A stretch of DNA of 64,000 nucleotides. It comes from an uncultured delta proteobacterium (GTDB lineage: Bacteria > Desulfobacterota > Binatia > UBA9968). The DNA is taken from NCBI GenBank assembly GCA_963727625.1, contig CAVSHR010000005.1, positions 640,001 to 704,000 of the forward strand, given 5' to 3'. This document shows positions 49,923-58,294 of the stretch, one piece after another. Below the pieces are notes generated by a model. It was not told the origin of the DNA. It made no database searches and saw only the letters and a program-made list of their open reading frames with translations. The first letter of the stretch is position 1; each line of letters starts with the position of its first letter. The translations under genes were made by a program, and so were the position numbers.

Positions 49923-50026
49923 TAGCCCCTTATCTTGCTTGGTCCGACGTAGCAGGAATTTCTCGCAATTGGCCAATGTGAGACGAAAACCATGACCCAA
50001 ATCATGGCTAGCAGTGAGAAAACAGC
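49923..50026 (+). repeat. Direct repeat copy 2 flanking the MNT-HepT module
   Basis: About 87-bp core with 3 substitutions versus copy 1. Confidence 0.92.
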
Positions 50027-50102
50027 CTGGTGCTCGATCATTTCTTCAACCCCAACCCGGGCCTGTACGGCGTGCCGCCGAAGAAATAAGCCGAATAGAA
50101 GC

Positions 50103-50654
50103 TTACGCTAATTTTCTTTTGGGTATTTTCCAGCGGTCCAGTAATTCACTGACACGCGCGACGCTTCCGCCCGGTTCGGCATGAACGATAAGCGCTTCGT
50201 CGGACAAAGCCGCCACCAGTTCGTTCCGCTGGTGTGATGACTCCGTCGTCGGACGCCGCGGGTGCTTTGCGAACGACGAGAGCAGAACCATTCGCTTAGT
50301 TTCCAGGGCCGCACTCCAGTCAGCGGGTAGCCGAATTTTCTCTGGGCTTCGCGCCAAACAAACGACGATCGGCTGCTTTCCTCGCAGCAGAATTCGCAGG
50401 CATTCCTTCTCGACAGGCGAGTGAAACCCACCGACGACGGTCATGCCCTGATCACGGAGACTTCGGGCGGCGTCATAAGCGCCAAGGATCGCGTCACCAG
50501 GGCAGCGAACGGAGCAAAACAGTCCTATTTTATGTTGGGAAAGTAGTTCAAGCGGACCGAAAACGTACAGCGTGCTCGGCGCGTGTATTGCCAACCGCTC
50601 TTGCAAAGGAGCGGGATAAGCAGCATCCGTCGACTTGAGAATGGTAGGATTCAT
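50103..50654 (-). CDS. Short DprA/Smf-like (SLOG fold) protein
   Basis: AYPAPL, LFCSVRCPG, VGGFHSPVEKECL, RNELVAALSD. Confidence 0.8.
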   Translation of the reverse strand: MNPTILKSTDAAYPAPLQERLAIHAPSTLYVFGPLELLSQHKIGLFCSVRCPGDAILGAYDAARSLRDQGMTVVGGFHSPVEKECLRILLRGKQPIVVCLARSPEKIRLPADWSAALETKRMVLLSSFAKHPRRPTTESSHQRNELVAALSDEALIVHAEPGGSVARVSELLDRWKIPKRKLA

Positions 50655-50686
50655 GCACGAGCATTTTAAGCGAGAATGGAAGCTGC

Positions 50687-50956
50687 CTAATGTGGGCCGA
50701 TTAAGTCCACCCTCGACTGCGGCTTTTCTGCCAAACGCAGGTCCGCAGTGACCGGCAGTTCAAACAAATCGCTGCGCAGAAACCGGGTCGAGAAGAACAA
50801 TACCTCGAGATTTTCGATCTCCCCGGTCTTTGGGTTGAGCCTAGCGATGACCTCGTCTCCCAGTTCTTCGGATTCCTGTTCGGGATAGGGGGGCGTTTTG
50901 TTTATGTAGAGAATGTCTCCTTGGCGGTCGTAATTAAATGTTAGCTTCGCTTCCAT
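50687..50956 (-). CDS. DUF2283 domain protein (putative antitoxin)
   Basis: FNYDRQGDILYI, GEIENLEVL. Confidence 0.8.
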   Translation of the reverse strand: MEAKLTFNYDRQGDILYINKTPPYPEQESEELGDEVIARLNPKTGEIENLEVLFFSTRFLRSDLFELPVTADLRLAEKPQSRVDLIGPH

Positions 50957-50967
50957 AGGGAAACTAA

Positions 50968-51201
50968 CTACGGATTGGCGGCCAGATCACGCACATGAGC
51001 AATTTCTTTTGGCTTGCTGGGACGAACCTGCGTCGCTGTGAGGGTTACGATGGCAATAGTTTCACCGTCCAAGGTCGTGAACTCGACCTCGTAACCTTTG
51101 CCTTTTTCATGGACCAGTACGACGGTGCCGATATCGCCTTGTGCCAGTCCCTGTTCCGGCAAATCACATGTAAGAATCACGTCTTCGAGTTCCTGAATCA
51201 T
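50968..51201 (-). CDS. DUF4926 domain protein (putative antitoxin/immunity)
   Basis: ELEDVILTCDLPEQGLAQGDIGTVV, YEVEF. Confidence 0.85.
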   Translation of the reverse strand: MIQELEDVILTCDLPEQGLAQGDIGTVVLVHEKGKGYEVEFTTLDGETIAIVTLTATQVRPSKPKEIAHVRDLAANP

Positions 51202-52172
51202 GAACGCCTCCTTCTCAGAGGATGAGCCGTGACGAACCTCGGTACGTCTCCATCCCTATTAATACACCGGTTTTGCCAGAGTCGAGAACAGGATGTCAAA
51301 TTGTCGATGACAGAATTACCGTGCGGACGGTTACAGATTACGAAATCTATTCGAGTCGGACCAAGCCATGCCCTTGCTTCGTCAACAGTTTCATCCCAGA
51401 GAAAGGTGTTTTGATGCCTTAGAGCCTCATTTGCAGCGGCAAATTTAAGTCCGTAAGCTTCCGGTGACTCGTGCAGTGCATAACTGCCATTCTTCTCTAT
51501 CACATCGCGATGTGCGGCTTTTGCACCAAGCTGATTCTTGACGCTCTCGACGAATGCCAGGCTTCCAACCGCAATCGCTTCCGTCCAGCATTCTTCGCGG
51601 GCCGCCAAGCCGTTCCCCAGACCTTGCTCGGCCCACTGGCGCTGTGTTGATTGAAAATCTCGGCGATCCGCAAACCCGCTCAACTCGCTCAAACTCTGTA
51701 AATCGATTATGCCGTAACGCTTGGGCGGTTTTTGGATCTCAGAATAACCGCTCTCCTTCCACTGTCCTGGATGATTCATCACCCCGGCACGAACCATGTT
51801 GAGATCGATATAGATCAGACAGCGATGCAGGTGTTCATCGGATTCAATCGCGGTGGCGTGGTAGCGATCCTCCCAGAACGCGCCCCGCTTACCTTTGCGC
51901 TGGTTATATTCCTGGGCAGTGCGGCCGGCGATGAGCTGCATGCTTTCTGCGATGACGTTCGCGCCGGTGTCTTTGACCAAAAGATGGATGTGGTTGGAGG
52001 TAACCATATAATCAAGAACGGAAAGGCCGTAACGCTTCTTGGCTTCGTGCAGCCAATGCAAATAGCGCCGTCGATCGCGCGCAAACTTGAGTAGAAATTT
52101 GCTTTGATGGCATCGGTGAGTGATGTGCCAGATGTGGCCAGGCAGGAAATAACGATTCGCTCGCGGCATCAC
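51198..52172 (-). mobile_element. REP-associated tyrosine (Y1 HUH) transposase, RAYT-like, with a read-through C-terminal tail
   Basis: WHITHRC, YMVTSNHIHLLV (HUH), FWEDRY, YIDLNMVRAG. Confidence 0.9.
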
Positions 52173-52294
52173 TATTTCTTAGAGGTGGCCTTTCGACATC
52201 AAAAAGCCGCCTCTAAGCCTTTAAAAGATGCCTTGTATGCTACCTTCCGTTGGGAAATCAACCATTTCTCTTGGTCCGATTGCCGTACTAAACT

Positions 52295-52329
52295 AAAAAG
52301 GGCGGCCGCTCATCACGGCCGCCCTTTTT
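52295..52329. terminator. Rho-independent terminator (bidirectional)
   Basis: AAAAAGGGCGGCCG-CTCATCA-CGGCCGCCCTTTTT downstream of the secreted protein gene. Confidence 0.85.
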
Positions 52330-52369
52330 AGTTGTTTTCGGCAGCGAGGCTTTTAATAAGACACAGTCT

Positions 52370-54289
52370 TTACCACTTGCCGGCCACGGGAAGATCACCT
52401 GGCTGCCCAAAGCCTGTGATGTATTTATCAACATCGGCGCCATCCCATTGGCCGTTGCCGTTGAAGTCCAAGAACCATTCTCCGGTGGCAGCTCTTAGCA
52501 CGCCGATCTTCGCCGTGCCGTTGCCGTTCCAGTCCCCCACGATCGGCAGATCACCGGGTGAGCCGAACGGACCATAGCACCGGTCGATCGTACAACTATC
52601 GGCCTTTCCGTTGCCGTTGGCGTCCAGCATCCACATACCGGTCTGCGGGGTGAATACACCGATCTGCGCAATCCCCGCGCCATTCCAGTCGCCCACAACG
52701 GGAACATCGCCCGCTTGGCCAAAGGGGCCCAAACAGCGATCCCGGTGGCAACCATCCCATTTGTCGTTACCATTACGATCGAAGTACCAGTAACCCGCTG
52801 TTGTCGTGGTGGTCGTCCTATGTTTTCTCTTCCCCTTGGTCTTGGTGGAGGCGACCAGTGTGTAAACCCCGGGAGAAGTTTTCGGCGCGCCGTCCCAACT
52901 GCCGACTAACGGGGTTTCACGGTTACTCATGTTGTTATTCAAAGCAAAGTTAAAGCAAGTCTCTTGCGAGCATCCTTGCCCAGTCAAATCTCCGTTGGTG
53001 TCGAGCTCCCAACTCTTCTGCGTCGTGTCATAGAGGCCGGGGCTGAGTTGACCCGTACCATTCCAATCCCCAACGAGGGGCAGGTCAGTGTCGGCGCCGA
53101 ATGGTCCGCCGCAAACATCGGTTGTGCACCCCTGCCACAGACCGGTGGGGTTCGTGATCAGATACCAAGCTCCCGTAGCCGGGCGATAGATGCCAACGTT
53201 GGCGACGAGTTTTTTGGTGAAACTCGCCGAGCACGACTTGTTGCCGTTAAGCGTCACCGAACCGTCGAGACAATCCGCATCGCCGCTCCAACCCGAAAAA
53301 TCGGTATCAGTGGCGGGTGTTGCTGTAAGAGCGACGACCGTTCCTTCGGTGAACTCGGCCACGCACTTCGTACCGCAATCGATTCCTGAAGCATGGCTTG
53401 TGATCTGGCCGGTGCCGGTTCCCGTGCGCACGACAGTCAAAGAATAAGTGATTAGTTTGAATGACGCCGTGCAGGTTTTATTGGCACTCATCGTCACCGA
53501 CCCATCCACGCAATCGCTATCCCCAGACCAGCCGACGAAGGTGGATCCGGAAGCCGGTGTCGCCTGCAGAGTAACCGCAACTCCGGTCTGAAATGTCACC
53601 GAGCACGCGCTACCACAGTCGATCCCCGCTGGCGAGCTGACGATTTTACCGTTGCCGCTGCCGGCGCTGGTGACGACGCTCACTGAATTTGTCGTTAACA
53701 AGTAGCCGGTAGAATTGGCAGTGAAAGTTGCGGCGCACGACTTGTTGGCGTTCATCGTGAGCGAACCGTCCAGGCAGTCGCTGTCACCGCTCCAGCCCGC
53801 AAATGAATAATCCCTTGCCGGCACCGCCTGTAAGCTGACCGTCGTGCCGCTCGAGAAATTCGCCACGCATTCCGTGCCGCAACTTATTCCCGACGGGCTG
53901 CTGCTCACCGTGCCGCCGACCTGCGATACGAGAGTCACGCTGTAGGTCGTCACCGGAGGCGGCGGAGTGGTGGCGCAGACCTCGGAGGTGTAAGCCGAGG
54001 TACCGGTGTCGTTAAAGGCATCTACGCGATAGCAATACGTGGTGCTATCGGCAAGGCCGGCGTCACTGTACGAGATCGAATTAACCGGGGCACTGGCAAT
54101 CGCGATAAAAGCCCCGTTGACACCGATCTTACGCTCAATGTTGAATCCGGTTTCGTCATTTGAATTATCCGCCCACGATAATTGCGTCACAGCGGCATTT
54201 GCTTGGTCCTCGGGAATCGCCAGCGCGACCAGCGATGACAGCATGATGAGCGAAAAAACGAGAAGAGCTTTAGAAAAATTGTAACGCAC
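52370..54289 (-). CDS. Secreted/surface protein: FN3 domain, three InlB-B/Flg_new-like repeats, C-terminal GDWNG (FG-GAP-like) repeats
   Basis: Signal peptide; LSWADNSNDETGF...YCYRV (FN3); SSPxGIxCG...FxGWSGDxDC repeats; PxVGDWNG repeats; GGGAGG RBS before GTG 54289. Confidence 0.85.
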   Translation of the reverse strand: MRYNFSKALLVFSLIMLSSLVALAIPEDQANAAVTQLSWADNSNDETGFNIERKIGVNGAFIAIASAPVNSISYSDAGLADSTTYCYRVDAFNDTGTSAYTSEVCATTPPPPVTTYSVTLVSQVGGTVSSSPSGISCGTECVANFSSGTTVSLQAVPARDYSFAGWSGDSDCLDGSLTMNANKSCAATFTANSTGYLLTTNSVSVVTSAGSGNGKIVSSPAGIDCGSACSVTFQTGVAVTLQATPASGSTFVGWSGDSDCVDGSVTMSANKTCTASFKLITYSLTVVRTGTGTGQITSHASGIDCGTKCVAEFTEGTVVALTATPATDTDFSGWSGDADCLDGSVTLNGNKSCSASFTKKLVANVGIYRPATGAWYLITNPTGLWQGCTTDVCGGPFGADTDLPLVGDWNGTGQLSPGLYDTTQKSWELDTNGDLTGQGCSQETCFNFALNNNMSNRETPLVGSWDGAPKTSPGVYTLVASTKTKGKRKHRTTTTTTAGYWYFDRNGNDKWDGCHRDRCLGPFGQAGDVPVVGDWNGAGIAQIGVFTPQTGMWMLDANGNGKADSCTIDRCYGPFGSPGDLPIVGDWNGNGTAKIGVLRAATGEWFLDFNGNGQWDGADVDKYITGFGQPGDLPVAGKW

Positions 54290-54356
54290 GGTGTCCTCCC
54301 AGCTGGGTCTGCGCAATCCGAAATTGCACGAGCTGAGTGGAGCACTGTGCGTCCTT

Positions 54357-54448
54357 TCGGCGGCTCTGCTACCATGTCCTGTCCTTGGGCGACAGGAGTT
54401 AGGTCAGAAGCTTTGCGTCCCAACCTTTCGGTTGGTTTGCCTTTATCG
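54357..54448 (-). ncRNA. Cyclic di-GMP-I (GEMM-I) riboswitch
   Basis: Minus strand AAAGGCAAACCAACC-GAAA-GGTTGGGACGCAAAGC...CCTAA...ATGGTAGCAGAGCCGCC in the 5' UTR of the surface protein gene. Confidence 0.9.
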
Positions 54449-54503
54449 TAGACCTATTAAAAAACCTTTTATAAACTCATAAACTTACCTAAGTATTATT
54501 AAC

Positions 54504-54518
54504 GCAGGATGCGTGCCA
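54504..54518 (-). promoter_or_regulatory. Sigma54 (-24/-12) promoter upstream of the riboswitch
   Basis: TGGCACGCATCCTGC (GG-N10-GC). Confidence 0.7.
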
Positions 54519-54759
54519 CGCGATTGAGCAGAAGAATCATCAATAGATTCACGTCAAAAGCCCATTTTCCAAGATTAAGCGACTGATTTGCCTAGGCTCG
54601 ATTACACTCAATGCGCACCGACCCATTATATCCGCCGCTGCAAAAGGAGTTTTGCCGCGACCGGTACGCGGTTTTACTGGGTTCCATTCCCTCGAATATC
54701 GTCGCGGTGGGTGTTCGGCTGACAATCGGAAATAATAGATTCCTTCGGTCCGACCCAGC

Positions 54760-55968
54760 ATTCAGCGCCAAGAAGCTTCCCCAGGGCAGCAAGATCGCGC
54801 TTGAAGCAACGGGATCATGGTGGTGGTTTGTGGATCTCGCCCAGAAGAGCGGTCATGAAGTCATCATGTCCCATCCCAAGCAGACCAAGGCCATTGCATC
54901 GGCGCGATTGAAGTCGGACAAAGTGGACGCTTTGATGTTAGCGAAGTTGTTGAAGTCGGATTTGCTTCCCACCGTGTGGATTCCACCGGCCAAACAGCGC
55001 TACATTCGAGAGCTTCTCACCCACCGTGCTCCTCTAGTGCGCCAGCGCACTGCGGTGATTAACGAAGTTCACGCGCTTTACTCCAAAAGGAATATGGATC
55101 CCGGAATGACTTTTCACCGAGTCCGTCCGCCGGCCTTTAAGATCGAAGATCTCAGTGGATACGGGCCGCGAATCGTCGAGGAGGACGCAGAGCTTTTGGC
55201 GTTTTTCAACCGTCAGCTCCGGGGATTGGATAGCGAGTTAAAAAAGATTGCCGAAGAGGAGGAGGAATCCAAACGGCTGATGACGATCCCGGGCGTGGGC
55301 CCGCTGAGTGCCGTCGCCGCGAACTGCTGGATTGGCACCATCGACAGATTTTCCAAGGCCAAGAAGCTTTCGAGCTATTTCGGATTGGCACCGAGGGTAC
55401 GACAGAGCGCAGACCGGGAAAGACATGGGCACATCACCAAAGAGGGCAACCGCATGGTGCGATCGCTTATGATCCAGGCGGCTCTCTGGCATGTCCGCAT
55501 CGGCAAGGGCGACGCTCGCAAACATTATCTGGGAGTGCTTAACAGAAGAGGCAAACATATTGCCCGGGTGGCCGCGGCAAACAAACTTCTAGGGATCGTC
55601 TTTCACATGATGAAAGATCGGATCGACTATCAAGAGTTTTTAAAGCGCGGTGGCAACGCGCAGTGAGCCCGCAAAGGGGACTGGTCCACAACGGACCGAT
55701 AGCCTGATTGGGCAGCTGCGCCTCTCCTGTATGAGGAGACCCGCCGGATCAGAGATCATGCGCTGGAAAAAGCGCGAAGAGATGATTGGGTTGCCACCCA
55801 CAAGTTGATCCACTACGCCAGCGGTGAGGCCAGAACCAGGGGATTGCCGAGTTCACTTCGGACGGAGATCGTGCGTTAAAAGGAAACTATGAAGACCGTT
55901 TTATCGAGTGACCAACCACTAAGATAAGGATCTCTGGGTGCTTGACAGGGCCGTCCCGTTTAGAGATG
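54760..55968 (+). mobile_element. IS110-family (IS1111-like) insertion sequence, 5'-truncated; transposase to 55666 plus a 3' non-coding end
   Basis: IALEATG, KSDKVDA (RuvC DEDD), TIPGVG, YFGLAP..RQS, GHITKEGN; first catalytic Asp strand absent; TTGACA near the right end. Confidence 0.9.
55667..55800 (+). ncRNA. Predicted IS110 bridge/seek RNA
   Basis: Two loop modules with guides AAAGGGGAC/GATAGCCTG and AGAGATCA/AGAGATG; two of these match the junction TAGAGA-TG-TCCCCTTT at 55961-55976. Confidence 0.75.
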
Positions 55969-56200
55969 TCCCCTTTTCTCCTCGCAAGATTAAAGACTTG
56001 CCCCGATTACATAGCTCTATACCGAGTTGTTGTGAACGAGCGTAGCGAGTGACCGCGATGCTCACTCACTGATAAGTCAAAACTCAGGCCTGACCCTGTG
56101 ACTCGCTCTTCTTCTCAAAGTCTGACTCTCGTCCCGGACTCAGTGTTTCCTTCCTTTTTTCGGTGCCTTCCATCAAATTGGCATCCCCATGCCCAATAAC

Positions 56201-58294
56201 CTACTCGGCCGCTGCCGGCTCCGCCGCTGGTTCTTGGATCTCCGGGACTTCGAAGATGACGGGAATCCCGGACCTAAATGCTTTTCCAACAGCAATGGCC
56301 TGCCTAAATCGCAGAGCTGGAAGTGCAGCGACCATTTCCGCACCCATGTAGTTCAAGAGAAAATCAGAGCTTGTCTTATCGAACTGCTGAAATGCCACAA
56401 TGGTATTACACTGAGTAAGAACAGTCTTCGAAACGTTTGCGGTCCTCTGTGCGACAACAATGAAACCGACGTTGTACTTGCGTCCTTGTAGGGCAATTTG
56501 ACTGATGCTGTTTACCAACGACTGGGCCTTTCGCTCCTCGACTCCGATGAAGTTCCACTCCGGAATCACCGTGTGCGCTTCCTCTAGCACGACGCACACC
56601 TGTTTTCCGAAGTTCGCGTCCTGTCGAGCAATCTGAAAGAGCCCACGAAAGAACCATTTAGTGTATTCCAGTATGCCCGTGGTGTTTGAAACATCCGGGA
56701 GCTCGAATAGCGCAAGAGGCTTCTCCGACTGCATGAACTCCTTCACGGCTTGGTAAAAGCCATCTTTTAAAACCTCCGTCTTGCCTGCGATGAGTTGCTT
56801 GTTCTGCAGATTAGGGAACTTCTCAAGTTCCGTTGAAAGCGTGTCGATCGCAGCAAAGAGCTCGTCCTTCCGAGCAGTTGGAACGATATTCTCTGGCGCC
56901 AAATCCAGACACTTGCTGCGATATTCATTCGTGAAGTCGACGCAGATCACTTTGGTACCATCCGCGATAATCTTGCGAAGCAGATTGCGACAAAAGACAG
57001 ACTTGCCAGATCCGGTGACTCCAAGAATCGCCGTGTGGTGTGTCACCGCTTGCCGTAGATTGAGCAACACAGGATAGTTTGTGCCGGGAATCGCGCCCAC
57101 CTGCTCCTCTCCCGGGGTAGACACGAATGCGGGTGTTGGTGGCGCCAAGAACAGCGGAACATTTATTTCCGGGACCCAGCCAAATTTCTCGAAGACTAAC
57201 CGGTCGGAATCCCAGATTCCTAGCTGGATAGCTTCCCCAACGATTAGTCCCGCCTCATTCTTCTGCTCCAACGTTTCGATCTCTGTAAGGCCTTGGACGA
57301 TCTGGTACAAAACCTGATTTCCCGACACATGCGCTTCAACGAGATTCCCTTCTGAAACGGGAGTCCTACCCGCGTAGTCAAAACGCACCTTCATAATACT
57401 TGAGTGTTCAATGACAACACCGACAAAACGCCCAAGAAACTCCGGGGCGTTCTGCACATCGATTTTGTATACGACGTTTGTAGCGGTGATCATGCTATGG
57501 GGCTTGTCCCCAAGCGCCCGAAGTATTTGTTCTGTGGCGAGGATCTTGATCCACTGCTGCTCGTTGAGAAGGTAGTTGTCGACGATCATTCCTTTGAAAA
57601 TCCGTCGACCATCGGCCATGGAATAGCGGAACTCGGCAAGATCAAAACGTCGAACGGGAATGTGCTCCGTATAGAGCTTCGCCAAGAAGGTGTTTCGTGA
57701 TTGAACGCCGATTATTTCGCCAATGTCGAGGCCAGTTACGCGTCTCGATCGCCAGGCTGAAAGCACAAAACCTTTCGGGTCGACGAGCAGAATTACGGAC
57801 GCGTAGCCCGCGAGGACGACGAACTGATAAGATTGACTGTCGACGTAGAAGAAGAGCGTTAGCAAAAACAGCCCAAAGAACAAAAACCGTCCGTTACCAA
57901 AAGACACAGAAAACCTCTTTAAAACCGATGACAGGCGGTTCTGCAGCACCATCGAAGATTTATGGGCATCCAGCAGCAGGAGCGCGGTTAGAGATGTGAG
58001 AAGCAGAAAAAGATTGTACCCGAAAAAGATCCAGTACCACAGTCCGAGATTCGAAAGCTGGGACTGTAGCGGCGCCATCAGAAGCAGGATAGCAATCGTA
58101 GAGGCAAGGACATCGGTCGGTGTGGTGAAAAAGTGCTCAAGAAAAAGCGTCACGAACGACAGCATCAGCAGTGCAGTCAGGAGAACTATGGATTGCTCTG
58201 ACGAGGGGAAAACTCTACCAGTACTGACATAGAAGATGAGGAAGAGAAGGGCCGATGCGATGATGAACAGGATGATCCGCTGGGTCTTACTCAC
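56201..58294 (-). CDS. HerA/FtsK-superfamily ATPase (DUF87) with about 6 N-terminal TM helices and HAS-barrel-like domains
   Basis: HTAILGVTGSGKS (Walker A), VVLEEAH (Walker B), QGRKYNVG, AQR, QCNT; hydrophobic first 170 aa. Confidence 0.88.
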   Translation of the reverse strand: MSKTQRIILFIIASALLFLIFYVSTGRVFPSSEQSIVLLTALLMLSFVTLFLEHFFTTPTDVLASTIAILLLMAPLQSQLSNLGLWYWIFFGYNLFLLLTSLTALLLLDAHKSSMVLQNRLSSVLKRFSVSFGNGRFLFFGLFLLTLFFYVDSQSYQFVVLAGYASVILLVDPKGFVLSAWRSRRVTGLDIGEIIGVQSRNTFLAKLYTEHIPVRRFDLAEFRYSMADGRRIFKGMIVDNYLLNEQQWIKILATEQILRALGDKPHSMITATNVVYKIDVQNAPEFLGRFVGVVIEHSSIMKVRFDYAGRTPVSEGNLVEAHVSGNQVLYQIVQGLTEIETLEQKNEAGLIVGEAIQLGIWDSDRLVFEKFGWVPEINVPLFLAPPTPAFVSTPGEEQVGAIPGTNYPVLLNLRQAVTHHTAILGVTGSGKSVFCRNLLRKIIADGTKVICVDFTNEYRSKCLDLAPENIVPTARKDELFAAIDTLSTELEKFPNLQNKQLIAGKTEVLKDGFYQAVKEFMQSEKPLALFELPDVSNTTGILEYTKWFFRGLFQIARQDANFGKQVCVVLEEAHTVIPEWNFIGVEERKAQSLVNSISQIALQGRKYNVGFIVVAQRTANVSKTVLTQCNTIVAFQQFDKTSSDFLLNYMGAEMVAALPALRFRQAIAVGKAFRSGIPVIFEVPEIQEPAAEPAAAE

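Noticed and set aside
54611-54760. Novel N-terminal extension of the IS110 transposase
   Set aside because: Non-homologous read-in from flanking sequence; the true N-terminus with the first catalytic Asp is deleted.
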